Notes: generated by a model from the letters alone, not told the origin. Positions 24,200 to 38,700 are shown, numbered from the stretch's first letter. The stretch: 64,000 nt of DNA from the human T2T-CHM13v2.0 reference genome, Homo sapiens (GCA_009914755.4 CP086569.2:7488001-7552000), one strand, 5' to 3'. Program-made: numbers and translations.

Positions 24200-25600
24200 T
24201 AGAATAGGCTTCAGAGACCCAAGAATATCTAGCCTAAAAAATTTGTATTATATTCCCCCAGACAATAAAAAACTTAATAAAGATTTTGATGCCACTTTTT
24301 ATTATACAAATTGCAACCTAAGATTACAACATATTCAAAACATCAAGATAATATGGTTAATTTAAATATAAAAATATATATCCAGAAATCAACTAAAAAA
24401 AGGTGATGTAAAAATTACCAGAGACAATTTGAGTTAAAGTCCAGATACATTTTTAAAAAGAAAAAAAAATAAATTACCCTTAAAAGTTAGCATTACCATC
24501 TCACTGATGCTCAATGAATAAAATGGAAATAAAGAAATTAAGAAAATGGAAATAAGTGAAATAACATAAATTAAACCAACAAAAAATATAAAGCTCAAAA
24601 AGAAATAAAAATCGTAGAGTGGAAGTACAAAAAAGATTAATATTCCCTTCAACATTAGAAAAAATATGAGAAAATCAGTAAGCTCAGCAAATTTCAAATA
24701 AAATTAATGTAAGAGAGATTTACAAGACACAAGTTTTGAAAGTCACAGAAAAGAGAATGAGAAATGCAGGAAGAAAAAAAACAGATGTATTATTTATATT
24801 CATGCTTCTGCAAGATTACCAGTAAATGTATGAACATAAATCTTTCAAGCAAGAAGGGGGTCGGATGACATAGTTAAAACCCTGAAAGAAAAAGGTGTAA
24901 GCAAAAATACTATATTTTGCAACAGTATCCTTCAAAATGAAAAAAAAGCTCTAAATATAATATGATCTATATTAACAGCTAACTATGTCATGTCTTCGAA
25001 AAGACTCACTCATATCTAATAAAAAAAGACTAAAAATGGCAGGATAAAAATACATTTCACGCAAGTGTTAACCAAATGAGAGGTGAAGAGGCAACAATTT
25101 ATTAAGGTGAAAACTTCCATAATTCATATAATTTACTTTAAGTCATAATTTACAAGAGACAAAGTAGGACATTCAATTATAATAAGAGGGTTCATTCACT
25201 AAGAACTTATAAATATCTGACAATTTTCCCAAACACATAAAGCAAACATTGACAGAATTGAAACCAAAATAGACAGCAATATAATAATGGAATAATACAT
25301 CAATATTTCACTCTAAGTAATAAATGAAGCATGACAGAATATCAATGAAGGAATGGAAAATTTGAATGCATTATACAATAATTACACCTAACAAATGTAT
25401 ACAGACAACAGAATACACATTCTTTTCAATAGCTTATAAAACATTGTTCTAGATGGACCACATGTGACACGACATAAGAAGCCTTAATAATTTTTTAACT
25501 AAAATTTTACAATTATTTGTAGCCCAAGAGGAAAGAAACTAGTACACAGTAACAGCAGAAAAGCTGAAAAATTCAAAACTTATAAAGATTAAACAACACA
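24200..25600 (+). mobile_element. Second ancient L1 fragment (ORF1 region through ORF2 endonuclease, to about aa 280)
   Basis: Frame-shifted similarity to the L1 ORF2 endonuclease (..YFKS*FTRDKVGHSIIIRGFIH.. against DFKPTKIKRDKEGHYIMVKGSIQQ; ..TEYTFFSIAYKTLF*MDHM*HDIRSLNNF.. against AAEYTFFSSAHGTFSRIDHMLGHKTSLNKF). Confidence 0.55.
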
Positions 25601-25609
25601 GTTTCCTGT

Positions 25610-25915
<306 letters not shown>

Positions 25916-28900
25916 CCTTTTTGTCATGTTGTTTTACAATGATTGGAAGACCTAATGTTGTGAATATGTCCATGCTGTTTAAAGTGACCAACACGTTATT
26001 ATATATTGCTCTAAACCAGGTTGTATTGTCAACATCTATAGGCAGGTTTAAGGGAGAAGATCCATTATTGTGCCTGTGGGCTGGGTCCAGAATGAGTCAC
26101 CATCGCCCCTGTGGCCAAATCCACATAAAAATGTCACAATTTTAACTGTGTGCTGTATTCTTTTGTCAGGCTCAGGACCTCAAGAGTGGGCACTGCAAAT
26201 GTGGAATGGTGACAACTCTTAATTTCACTATGGTGTGTAACCAAGAGTTCCATTCTGAACCTTTTTCTGGACCCTGTTATGAAACTCTTTACCACCAAAC
26301 AGTTTATACAATATAAGTTAGTGTTGTAAGCTAATGTGAGTTTGGTACAAATATGCAACCCAGGACCTTACATATTGCCTTAAGACAAATAATGAGAGGA
26401 AAAATATCTCCTATTGGCTGTATCCCAATGTAAGTTTCATCTTCATGCCTGGGAACTGAAGCAAGGTATATGTCATAATTCCATATGTGAGCAAAAAACA
26501 AGACAGTAGGTTAACATTACATAGATGGTGTACTAAGCAATATGTCACAATGCCTCCTCTAGGTAGGGTATAAAAAAATTGGATCACAGTAACTTGATGC
26601 TAGACTCAGCATTGAACAACATCCCACATGTGGAAAATATCAAGCCAAGTTATAAGACACAAAACACTTACATAATGGGCCAAAGATATGTCGATGTATA
26701 TTCGGTGGCTCTGTCATGGGCAGAAGAGTCACATCATAAGGGTGCTGGGCCCAGCAATATGCAATATGCCATAATTTCTCTTTATGCACGATCTAGGAAG
26801 AAGAGAAAAAAATTACATGGTATTGGGCCACACAATAGGTCAGAATTCCTTCTTTCTGGTTATAATTCCAGAAAAACAGGAGGGTCAATGTCCTGACTGC
26901 TGGGCTCAGCAATATGTCAAAATTCTCCTATTTTGAAGGCCCAGGTTGAAAAAGACAGTCACATCACTTAGGTCAAGGGCTCAGAGATATTTCAAAGTGT
27001 CCGAAGTAGGCAGGGCTCAGGCAGATGAGGAGAATCATATCACCTAGGTGCTGCCCTAGGAATGTGTTACAGTGCAATATGAGGGCAGCATCCAGGCAGA
27101 AGGGCCACATCACTCAAGTGCTAGTTCCTGAGGTATTTCACAAGGATCTCTTAACAAAACACAGAACAAAGAGAGTTACATCACCTAGCTGAAGGTTCTC
27201 TTCTTGTGCCAGACTGCCCCATGTGGGTAGGACCCAAGAAGGGACTCACATCTCCTAGGGGATATGCACAGAGATGTGTCACAATGTCTTCTGTGAAGCA
27301 TAGCACTGGAAACTAGGCCTGTGTACCTGGCCTAGAAATGTCACTCTCCAGGTTCACAGGACCCAAGCAAGAGTCCCACATAACCTAGGTGACAGGCCCA
27401 GAGATATGTCACAATGCATTTCTTTGGGAATGACTCTGGCAAAATAATTCTCTCATCTGTGTGTTTGGCCTTGCAATATGTCACTCTACTTCCTTTGTGC
27501 AGGGCCCATTTCAGAGAGAAGAGTTATATCACCTGTGGGGTGAATAGAAAGATATATCACAATAATTTTTGTGGGCATGGCAGAGGGAAAAATATAACAT
27601 CACCTGGGTGCTAAAAGCAGTGATAAGACACAATCCTTACCGAGAGATGGACCCAGGCAAGAAAGTCACAAAACTTTGAGGTTGGCCTAGGTAGATATCA
27701 CAATCACATATATGGACTGAAAGAAGTCTAGAGAGTCAAATTACACAAGTGCTTGGCAATAATTTATATCAAAATCACACTGCCAGAATATTCCAAAGGT
27801 GAGATTTACAATACCAAACATGTCCTGTTTTCATCTTTGACAGTTGACTTCATCCATGTGAGGTAATGACAGTTCTTACTGTGAGATGGATGTGCATACA
27901 AGACTAACAATATCACCTGTGTGCTGATCCCAGCTTTGACTCCTTCTGTATAACCCAAAAACTTTGTAAAATATGTATGAGTGTTATAATCTTTTGTGAC
28001 CTTTCTATAAAAGGTGATCCAGGGCATCAGGCATGTCCCTAAAACTAGATATAGAAGTCAAAATTGCATCTTTGCCTGAGTCCACATATGACAGTCATTA
28101 TCATCCCTCTTAGCCATGCCTAGGTATAGATTTCAATTCCCTCTGCGTTTATGAAACAGGCAGAACAGGCACATCATCTAAGTTCTGGGCCAGAAGTATT
28201 CCATATTCTATTTGTAGTCAGGGTTCTGTCAGAAATATCATACTTGTGTGCTAGGTCCAGCTCTGTGTCCTAATGTTTCTTTTGGGCACTGTCCAGGCAG
28301 GAGAGGAGAGTCTATCATCAAAAAGATGGGCCCCAAAATATGTCACAATGCCTACTGTTGGCAGGGCCCAGGCAAGAGAGTCGTATCATTTAGACACAGT
28401 GTTTAGAAATGCTACAATTACTAAAGGAAGCAAGTTACAGGCAGGAGAGGAGAGTTGTGTAACCTAGATGATGGGTCCAGAAATATGTTACAAATCCCCT
28501 TGAGGACATTGTTAAGATAGCACAGTCAAATCACCAAGTTACTTGGCTCAGGTTCTTGTGAAAAATCTCATTTGTAGGCTACACTTATGCAGAATTATTA
28601 AATCACTTAAGAGCTGGGTAAATGTATAAGTCACAATTACACTTCTGTAAAGGTTTAAGAATAAAGGTCACCAACCTGTATACGTCCTGGCTCCACTCCT
28701 ATAAGCTGTTATTAGGCTTTTGCTGTGGTCTCTGGTATATGGCACAATGTCACGTGGCCAGAGAGAAGGCAAGAAATTCACATTACCTATGTGGGTATGG
28801 CTCCAGTGTGATGTCACAATTTACCTTTTGGACAGGACACAGGCAGAAAAGTCACATCACCTGAATGCTGATTTCAGTGACATATGAAAACACCATCTGT

Positions 28901-30232
28901 GGGCAAGACTTTGGCAAGAAAGAGACTTACTTCACCTGGGCAATTGGCCTAGATATATGTCACAATGTCTGTTCTGTGCAGTACCAAAGCTGCAGAGTGA
29001 CCTCACATTTGTGCTGGGACCAGCAATATGTCACAAACTCCCTGTGGTCAGCGTACAGGTTAAAGTGGGCAAACATCAGCTAGGTGCTCAGCCAAGCGAT
29101 ATGTTACAATGTTTTCTGTTTGCAGAGCCCTTGAGAAAGAATCACATCACCTGGGTACAGTGTTATGTGTCACAATGCACTGTAAGTGCAGGGCCAAGGC
29201 AATAGAAGAGAGTCACATTACTTATGTGATGGATCTAGATATAAAACATAAATTCTCTTTGTAATCAGGTTTTGGGCAGATAATTTACATAACCTGGGTA
29301 ACAATATGAGTAATATATAAAAATTCCCTTTGTAGGCAGAACCATGATAAATGCTATATATTGCATAGGTGTTTGTTATACTTATGGCATAATTTCATCT
29401 GCGGTCTGGGCCTAGAAAAAGAGTCATATCATTCATGTGCTGGTAAAAGTTGCCTGTCCCAGTCACACTTTCAGAAAAGTTCACAAATAAGTTTCACATT
29501 CCACATAAGTTCTGGTTTCCTGTATGTGGGTCAATACTTTTTATGAGTTTGGTGGAACTATGGGTCACAATCTCAACAATGGGCAAGATGCAGGCACAGG
29601 AGTTGCAATCCCATTTCAAGATTGTGTTCCAGTAGGGGACTCACAGCACCAGAGACAGGCTGAATCATGGTTCAAATATGACCAAAACACCTGTGAATTT
29701 AATCCATGTATAAGAGTAATTATTTCAATCTTTGACAGCTTTTATGTGTGAGGTTTAGTGCCTCATTACTAGGCCCTGTTAATATGTAAGAATCACAATT
29801 GTATCAGTTAGGTGTGCATACAAGTCACATTCTTACCTGATTGCTGCTCTCTGTTATGACACTGTTTGTACCATACAGGGTTTAGATGACATACCTGACT
29901 GTTATAATCCTTTGTGAACTTTATACAAGTTAAAAACCCAGGACTTTTTCTTTATCAATAAGAATGGCTATAAGAGCCAAAATATCTCTATTGGCTGGGT
30001 CCAGAGACGAAATTTAATGTAGTGCATCTGTGCTTAACCAAGGCATACGTCACAATTTCACCTGTGAGCAGAGACAAGGCAAGGGAGTCACATCAACTCG
30101 GTGCTGAGTCAGTGATACACTATAATCTCATTACTAAGCTGGGCCTAATAACAAGAGTCACATTACCTGGTTACAGCCTCAAATAGTATTTCACCAAGCC
30201 CGCTATAGACAGTGAAGAAGAAAAGAAGAGTC

Positions 30233-30371
30233 AGCCAGGTGTGGTGGCTCATGCCTGTAATCCCAGCACTATGGGAGGCCAAAGTGGGGAGATCATGAGC
30301 TCAGGAGTTAGAGAACAGCCTGCCCAACATAGTGAAACCTCATCTCTACTAAAAACACTATATAGATAGAT

Positions 30372-30415
<44 letters not shown>

Positions 30416-30662
30416 CATACATACATACATACATACATACATACATACATACATACATAGATACATAGATACAGCAATATTGCAGGGCATGATGGTGGTG
30501 CCTGTAATCTCAGCTACATGGGAGGTTGAGGAAAGCAAATTGCTTTAACCTGTGGTGCAGAGGTTGCAGTATGCTGAGATTGCACCACTGCACTCCAGGC
30601 CAGGCAAGAGTGAGAGACTTTGTCTTAAAAAAATAAATAAATAAAAAGAGAGAGAGAGAGAG
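30233..30662 (+). mobile_element. Alu element (+) inside the satellite, with a compound (GATA)n(CATA)n microsatellite in its middle A-rich linker
   Basis: The left monomer is agccaggtgtggtggctcatgcctgtaatcccagcactatgggaggcc.. and the right monomer is ..gcagggcatgatggtggtgcctgtaatctcagctacatgggaggttgagg.. They are separated by (GATA) x about 13 plus (CATA) x about 11 at 30362-30470. Confidence 0.85.
30362..30470. repeat. (GATA)n(CATA)n compound tetranucleotide microsatellite
   Basis: Direct reading. Confidence 0.95.
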
Positions 30663-31559
30663 AATCACTCCACCTAGATGCTGGGGTCAGCAGTATGTAA
30701 TAAACTTTCCTCTTGGCAAAGTATAGAATATGAAGGAAAGTAACATCACTTAGGTTTTGCAATCAGAGGTATGTCACAATTTATTTGGTAAGTGGGACCC
30801 AGGCAGGAGGGGAGAGTCACTTTACCAAGTTTTTAAGTCAAATCATATTTCACAGTTTCCTCTGGGGGCAGGACACAGGCAGGAGAGACAAATAACCTAA
30901 CTTATTGTCCAAGAGATATGTGACAATATACCCTGTTGGCAGGTTCCACACAGAAGAGTCACATTATTATGATTCTAACCCAGAGATATGCCACAATGCA
31001 CCCAAGAGAAGAAATTTAAACCAAAAATTCTCAACACCTGGGTACTAGGCCTAGTTATATGCCAAATCTTCTTGTCTTTGAGGGTGACACCATTAACTCT
31101 GAGCTGAATGTGTATATGAGAGTCACAATCTCATGTGTTTCCTGGGTTGTTGTATGAACCTTAATATGTACTACATATTAAGTCTTTATACAGCATGCAT
31201 GAGATTTGAAAACCATTTGGAGAACTTCATACTCCTATGGATTCACGATCTTACATACTGCCCTAAAACCACAAATAATAGTCAGTATCTCTGCTGTAGG
31301 CTGGGTCCAGGTATGAAAACCATTATTATGCCTATGAGCTGGATCCAGAAATGAGCCACCATCTGACCTGTGGCCAGATCCATATATGGGCACAATACCA
31401 ACTTGTACTGAATTCACTTGTTAGAATCAGGACCTTAACAGTGTGTTTTGGACACATGGGATGGTGTCAACATCTGCTTTTACCTGGATGTGTAATCAAT
31501 AGTCCCAATCTGAGCTTTATGCAGGTCTTTTTCATAAAACCCTGCCAAGTCTGCCCCAC

Positions 31560-32160
31560 AGAAACAGCCCAAGTGATGGATGAAAGAATATCACTGACAC
31601 ATGTATTTTTCCTGAGAGTGTGGTTAGCTGACTGTATGTTTAACACTGTCGATGAGAGTGCAGCAACAGCATCAGGAGAAGGAGTAGCTGAGACTGTAGC
31701 CACTATGAAGAGAGTGCAAGACCCACCAAAAGGATTCAGCAGCTGCTGAGAGAGTATAATTGCAACAGCAGCAAAGTGTGTAGAGCAGCAGTAGCTGAGA
31801 GTGCAGCGGTGAACATCCGGTGACGCTCAAATTTATTTAGTAGAGATTTAATAACAAAGGCTTGGAGCAAACCCAGTTTGTGTTTAATAAACATTTTCCA
31901 CTTCTCGATTAGAGAGCAGTCCTGCATGCAAATGATCAAAGGTTGGTTTCTGGAGACATATGTAAACCAATGTATGTAGATAAGCCCCTTTGCATTCCCT
32001 CATTATCTTCCCTTTACTCTCAGGCTCTGAGTAAGAGAGTTTGGATGCCTTCAGAGAAAATTCTTTTCCAAAGTTTTGCAAGAAGTCCTGGTGTTCCAGG
32101 AAAATTTGCATATTTCCTATCATTTTTTCCATCACACCCTGACTGATGTCCTACATCTCC
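31560..32160. repeat. Unclassified ~0.6-kb repeat X, copy 1 (left boundary of the non-satellite island)
   Basis: Homologous to 35140-35762 (..gatggatgaaagaa..ctgacaca.gtattttcctgagag....tggtttctggagacatatgtaaaccaa.. against ..caatggatgaaagaag..ctgacacaggtattttgcctgagag....tggtttctggaaacataaatacaccaa..). It contains an imperfect CAG/CAA-rich tract. Confidence 0.6.
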
Positions 32161-33248
32161 CTCTTTTCTTTCTTTTTTTTTCATCAAGTTTTGTTTACTG
32201 AAGACTACAGATGTCTGCAGCAACAGGATTGTCAGATACCGTGCTTATAAGTGGTATTCTGGCTTTGCATCCTAGAATTACTAAATAACAGAAGACAAAC
32301 ATGAATATAATCATAAACATTCTATTCCAATCAAGGAGTGGCATGTAGTGTTAATTGGCACCTCAGTTCAATGTGTGCTGTTACTAACGAATCCCACTGC
32401 GGGTATTTTAACACTTTCTATCCAAGCAGTTGCATTGTTAGAAGCTGGGAAGGGGGTTTCTGTCTAAGTAACAGGACAGTAGAAAGGCTGATTTAAAAGA
32501 TGTGCCTAATAGAGTGTAGGAGATATGGGATGCAGGCAAAGTAAGAAAATAAGAAAGGTTAATAAAACATAACAAGGAACAAATTTTCTGGAGTGAATCG
32601 TGTCTGTGTCCAGAGCAGGATTCACTCAGCCTTCTGAATTGTCTTCTTCAGCCTCCCTCTGGTAATGTCTGGGGGCATGAGTTGTATAAATAAGCCACAT
32701 TCTGGGGGACTGTGGGGTTTGCATGGTTATTTCCTTTATTTCTGGTACCGGGTTGCATTTTAGCTATGCTATGTTTAGGTTTGATATATTGTATTGGAAT
32801 TCAAAGAGGGCCTGAGGAGGTGTGAACATAAGCATACCCTCTTACCCATGTTAGCAAATTATTTGGACCATACCATACATGACTAACCAAATCTTTCTAT
32901 AAAACTGTGGGGTTTATGTCTTGAGAGGTTTTAGCAAAGTTCTTTTATATAGCTGAAATTTGTCATTTAAATTTAAGAAATTAAGGGTAAAGAAAACTTG
33001 TACTAGTAGTGTTGCAGGGTCTTTACTCATATTCCTTCTTCTTTGTTTTCTGAGGCAATATTTAAGAGAGCAATGGACATATTGTGTCCTTGGGGTTTAT
33101 ATGGGATGCCTGTGGAATGTAGGACACTCCATATATGAAAAAATTGTGTCAATTGTGAGATGACATATGCCAGAATAATTTTGCAATTAGGCAATCCTTT
33201 TTTACTGAGGATCAAAGCCTGCTTTACGTGATAACTGTCACACAGTAG

Positions 33249-33914
33249 TGTTACTGGTGGGTCTTTGTTCTCAGAGCTGCCAAGATGGTGGCAGGCAACT
33301 TCCAAGATGGTGGCAAGTCTTTTGTTCTCTGACCAAGTGTTCTTGGCCTCATGGTTTCAAAGGATTGAAATTTTTTTACCATGTGGTGGATGTTATAGCT
33401 CTATTTTCTAATAGAGCTATTAGATGTAGGTCATGGAAGAGAATGGTGGAACCCAGCAACTAGTGTTCAGCTCTATTAGGATGAATCTGAAGTCAGTGGC
33501 GAGTCTGTGATGGTGGTGACCAGCACTGGTGGATGGCAAACAAAAGCTCAGCTCAAGCTGGAACAAACATGGACCAGAAGAGTGTGCAGTTTTAAGATTT
33601 AATAGAGTGAAAACAGAGGTCCCATACAATGAGAGGGGACACAAAGTGGGTTGCCTCTGCTGGGACAAATGCCTGGGTATATATATCCCAATAATTGTCC
33701 CTTCCATTGTGCTGTCAGGTGATATATGATTTGATTATTTCTTTACCTCCTGCTTTCAGCCTAATTGGTACTTTAGGGAGCTCTCTTTCCTACCTGATTT
33801 GTTGGGTGTGAGCTGAGTTACAAGCCCCGGGATTAAAGGTGGGTGTGGTCACGTTCCCCAGCCAGGCTTAGAATTCCTAGTTGGTCTAGGAAATCCAGCT
33901 AGCCTTTTCTCTCA
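33249..33914 (-). mobile_element. Solo HERV-W-type LTR (LTR17-like), about 666 bp, within the satellite island
   Basis: It begins tgttactggtgggtctttgttctcagagctgccaagatggtggcaggcaacttccaagatggtggcaag.. and ends ..ggaaatccagctagccttttctctca (TG...CA). It aligns as the reverse complement of the HERV-W LTR and to the two LTRs at 54010-54794 and 59850-60626. Confidence 0.7.
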
Positions 33915-35139
33915 GTAGGACTGCTGAGCATCCCTTGAGGAAGTACTTTCTAATTAAATCTGTGAGCTGACCTTTCATTATTGCTAGCTGCTATGGTAAA
34001 TGCAAATTATTATGTTCTGTTCTTCAATGGGAATAGTATAAAAGCAGCCTTTTAAGTCAATAATGACCATAGACCAATCTTGAGGAATAGCCATGGGTGA
34101 AAAGAATCTCCTGTTGAAGGGGTGTGCAAATTAGCATTGATAGGCCATAAATCATGCACAATCTCCATTTGTGAGACATTTTTTGAATGAAGAAAAAGGG
34201 CAAATTCCGAGGGCTGTTTGATGTCTTTATATAGCCAGCTTCTGATTGCTCCTCAGCTTATTCATGGGCTTGTTGTAACTTCTCTCCCTTTAAAAGCTTC
34301 TGTTCTCCCCAAATCGCATTTTAAGAGAGCCATGTCCAGGGAAGGGGAGGAATAACAGTGCCCATTATCAGAAAGAAGTCTGTAAAGTGACCTTGATTAA
34401 CCCTCTCATAAATGGGCTAGTGGTTACATTTTTTCTAATGCTTTTTCTTATTTCTTTATGTACATGATTGCCTTGTTGATTTTTGGGCAGGACAAGATTT
34501 CCCCTTCTAATGCCACTTGCCTAAGACAGGGTCCCATATCTGTAGCATATTCCTTGTCCTTTCTCTAATTTATTGGAGGAGGGAGCTCAGGGGAAAACCT
34601 CCATTTTCTCTGTGGCACTTTTACTCTCAAATAGTGGAACTGAGGGAGGAGGAGGAGGTTGTAAGGTAGGTGATGATTCTTCCTCCCTTCTCTTCTTATT
34701 CTCTTCTGTGTAGAGTGAGACAAAATCAGTCCTAACTAAGGCTCATAACATTAAAGATGTTACTGGAAACTTACTCTTGTGCCTGATGTTATTTAAGATT
34801 TCTGCCCACTCATTCCCAGAGGTCTATGTTTAGTGTGCCTTCTGGGAACAATTGGTTATGAAAAAACAACAAAAAAAACCCAGTTTGCATTAGGTTCCTT
34901 AATTAAGACTTTGAAACTGAGGCTCCACTAGCTTTAAGCAGCTGTTTCACTATTTTTATATACTGTTGCTGTTGAGCTAATAACTGATGTCCCATGATGA
35001 AACCCTAGCCTGAACAATTCCCTCAAATTTGGAAATCCCAAGCAGGTATCAATGACTTACTCACTGCACAGTCTTTTCACCTTCATTTTTGAGGGTTTCA
35101 TCATGATTTGTTGCAGCATTCCTCACACAGGACACCACC

Positions 35140-35762
35140 TGCTGCGTCTGTCTCATGGACTCTGGCTGAGCAATGGATGAAAGAAGTTTGCTGACACAGG
35201 TATTTTGCCTGAGAGCTCCACAAAAGGACTGCATGCTCAGCATCACTGGCAAGCATGCAGCAGCAGCAGCAGCAACAACAACAACAACGACTGCAGCAGC
35301 AGCAGGAGCCAAGAGTGCAGCCACCACAAAGAGAATGCAGTAGCCACTGATACAGTGTAGCAGCTGCCAAGAGTGCATCATAACAACAGCAAGAGTGCAG
35401 CCCCCAGAAGCCAGTGACACTTGCATTTAGGTAGTACAGAATTAATGACAAAGGCTTGACACAAACAAAATTTTTGGGTAGTAAGATTTTTGACTCCCTG
35501 ACTAGACAGCATTCTTTGTTCATTCATGTGAATGAAAAAAAGATTGGTTTCTGGAAACATAAATACACCAAATTATCTAGATAACTTTCTTTATATTTCC
35601 TTGTTATCTAATATTTGCTTTCAGGTTCTGGGTAAGAGAATTTGTCTGCTTTCAGCCCAAATTATTTTCTGAAGAGTTTGGAATATCTCCCAGCCTTCCA
35701 AGAAGGTTTGCGTTTTTCCTATAATTTTTCCACCACCCTGATACATCTCCTACAAAACTCTC
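35140..35762. repeat. Unclassified ~0.6-kb repeat X, copy 2 (right boundary of the island), containing (CAG)n(CAA)n(CAG)n
   Basis: Homology to 31560-32160. The tract gcagcagcagcagcagcaacaacaacaacaacgactgcagcagcagcagg is at 35258-35307. The poly-Ala/Val/Cys 'proteins' of ORFs 35061..35523 are translations of this tract. Confidence 0.6.
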
Positions 35763-38700
35763 AGTACCACCCAAGGAGTTGACACTTTGTGAGTAAGTGT
35801 TGTAAATTTCAGTGAGTTTGGTATAAATATGAATTACTGGACCTTACCTATTGACCTAAGCCTAGAAATGAAAGGCAAAATATCTCTTATTTGCTGAATC
35901 CCAGTATAAGTTTAACCATCATGACTTAAAACTGAAGTAAGGTATTTGTTATAGTCTCATTTGTGGGCAAAAAAATTGACCAAAGAATAACATCACCTAG
36001 GTGATGTGCCAAGCAACATGTCACAATGCCCTCTCTAGTTAGGATATAGAAATTAGAGTCACATTAACTTGATACTAGATGCACTAATATGACACAATCC
36101 CATATGTGGGGGAAAAAAAAACAGCCAAAAGATGAGAGCTAAAACACCTACATAGTGGGCCAAGGATATGTCAAAATGCCTCATGTGCCTCTCGTACAGT
36201 AATGAAAGTAACATTATCAGAGAATGGGCCTAGAATATGCCATAATTTTCTGTATATACAGGACTCAGGTGAAAGAGTAACATTATATGGGTGCTGGGCC
36301 CTGTGATAGACCAAAATTTCTGATTGTCAGCATGGTTTAGGACAAAAAGGAGTGTCAAATAACCTGAATGCTGGGCTCCGCAATATGCCACAATCTCTCC
36401 ATTGTAAAGACCAGGCAGAAGAAGAGTCACTACACTTAGGTCATGGGCTCAGCGATTTATCTCAGTGTCCCCAGTAGACAGGCCCAGGCAGGAAAACAGA
36501 GTCATATCACCTGGGTGCTTCTTTAGTAAAAATGCACCTGTGGGAAAGTATTTGAGTTAAAAAGTCTCAATACCTGGGTACTAGGCCCAGTGATATGACA
36601 CAGTCTCTTCATTTTGTAGATTGACACCTTTAACTTATAGCTGAGCATGTACATTAGAGTTAAAATCTCACTTGTGTGCTGGGTAAATGTATGGTACTCT
36701 GTACAACATCTGAGTGGTTTATAAAACATGCATGAGACTTCCAAACATTTCTGAGGCCTTCATGCTGGTATGGACCCACAATCTTACATGTTGCCCTAAA
36801 CCCAGGTTTTATAGTAAAAATATCTCCCAATATCAAGGTTAAGGAAGAATACCCATTATTTTGTATGTGGGCTGGGCACCAAAATGAGTCAGCATCCACC
36901 TTGTTGCCCAATCCGGGCATAAAAGTCACAATTTCAACTCTGTGCTGTATTCCCTTGCTGGATTTAGGACCTCAACAGTGCTCATTGTAAATGGGGGATG
37001 GTGGACAATTTTAACTTGACTTTTAACTGAGAGTCCCAATCTGAACATTTTGCTGGGCACTGTTAAGAAACTCTCTACCACCAAAGAGTTTACACACTAA
37101 GTTAGTGTTGTAAGCTTCTATGATCTTGGTACAAATATGCAATGCAGGACTTTATCTATTGCCCTAAACTTAACTATGCAAGGCAAAATACCTCCTATTC
37201 ATTGCATCCCAATAGAAGTTTGATCGTTATGCCTGTGAACTGAAGCAAGGTATATGTCATAATCCCATTTGTGGGCAAAAAAGTAGGCAGGAAGGTAACA
37301 TCACTTAGGTGCTGTGCCAAGCAATATGTCACAATGCCTTCTCTAGGCAAGGTATAAGAAATTGAGTCACATTAACTAGATGTTGGACCCAGCAATATGA
37401 AACCAATCCCACATGTGGAAAAAAAACCAGCCAATTTATGTGAGCCAAAACACCTACATAATGAGCACAAGATATATCAGAATACCTTCAGTGGCTCCAG
37501 CACAGCCAGGAGGGTCATATTAAGGTAGCTGTGTGCAGCAATAGGCAATATGCCATAATTTTGTATTTATGCAGAACCCAGGCAGAAGAGTAACATCTGG
37601 ATTATGCACCTTGCAATAGGTCAAAATACCTTTTTAGTGGACATGATTTGAAAACAGGAGAGCCACATATTCTAAGAGCTGAGCTCAGTAAGGTGTCAAA
37701 ATCCTTCTACCATGAATACACAGAGAGAAAAAGGGAGTCAAAACATGTCAAGGACTCAGAGATATGTCCCAATATCACCAGTAGGCAGAGTTCAGCCACA
37801 TGAGGAGAGTCATATCACATACGTGCTTCCCTAGGAATATGTCACAATTTAACATGTTTACAGAAACCAGGCAGAAAAGCCATATCTCTTGGGAACTTGG
37901 TTCTGAGATATTTCATAAGACTTTCTTATGACATCACCCAGGCCAGAGGGTTACATAACCTATGTGCAGGTTCTTTGCTTATATCACAATGCTCCTTGTG
38001 AGTAGGGCACAAGGAGGGAGCCAGTTTACCAAGGTGATAGGTCTACAGATATGTCAAAATGTTCTCTATGAAGCATAGGCCAGGCAAACGACTACCATAA
38101 CCTGTGTGCATGGCATAGAAATATGTCACTTTCTAGGTTGACAGGGCCCAAACTGTAGAGCCACATAATCTAGGTAGTAGGCCCAGAGTATGTCACAGAG
38201 CCTGCCATTGTGCATGGCTCTGGCAAAAGAGTATCCTCATCTGTGTGCCTGGCCTTGCAATATGTCACTATCATTCCTTAGTGTGGGCCCCATTCCAGAG
38301 AGAAGAGTTACATCACCTATGAAGTGGAAACAGAAATATGTCACAATAATTGTGGTGGAAATGGAGCAGGCAAGAATGTAACATCACCTGGGTGCTAGAT
38401 CCAGTGACATATCACAATTCCTACTGAGAGAAGTGCCCATCCAGGAGAGTCACACCACCCCACGGTTGGCCTAGGTAGCTATCACAAGCCATATATGGCC
38501 TGAAACAAGTCTGGACAGTCAAGTTACAGAGGTGCTTGGCAAAGATTTATATCACAATTACACTGTCAGAAAATTCAAAAGATAAGATTTACAATACCAT
38601 GCATGTCCTGTTTTCAAATGTGACTATTAATTTTATCCATGTGAGATCATGACCATTCTTACTGTCAACTGGGTATGCATACAAGACTCACAATTTTAAC

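Noticed and set aside
35061-35523. ORFs with poly-Ala/Val and poly-Cys runs
   Set aside because: Translations of the (CAG)n(CAA)n tract in repeat X copy 2 in different frames. There is no other coding signal.
31530-35800. A 20-25-bp target-site duplication flanking the satellite island (aaaaccctgccaagtctgcccc against aaaactctcagtaccaccca)
   Set aside because: The two flanks correspond to the same satellite position but are only about 70% identical. The similarity continues into the ends of X1 and X2, so this is homology between duplicated units, not a duplication generated at insertion.
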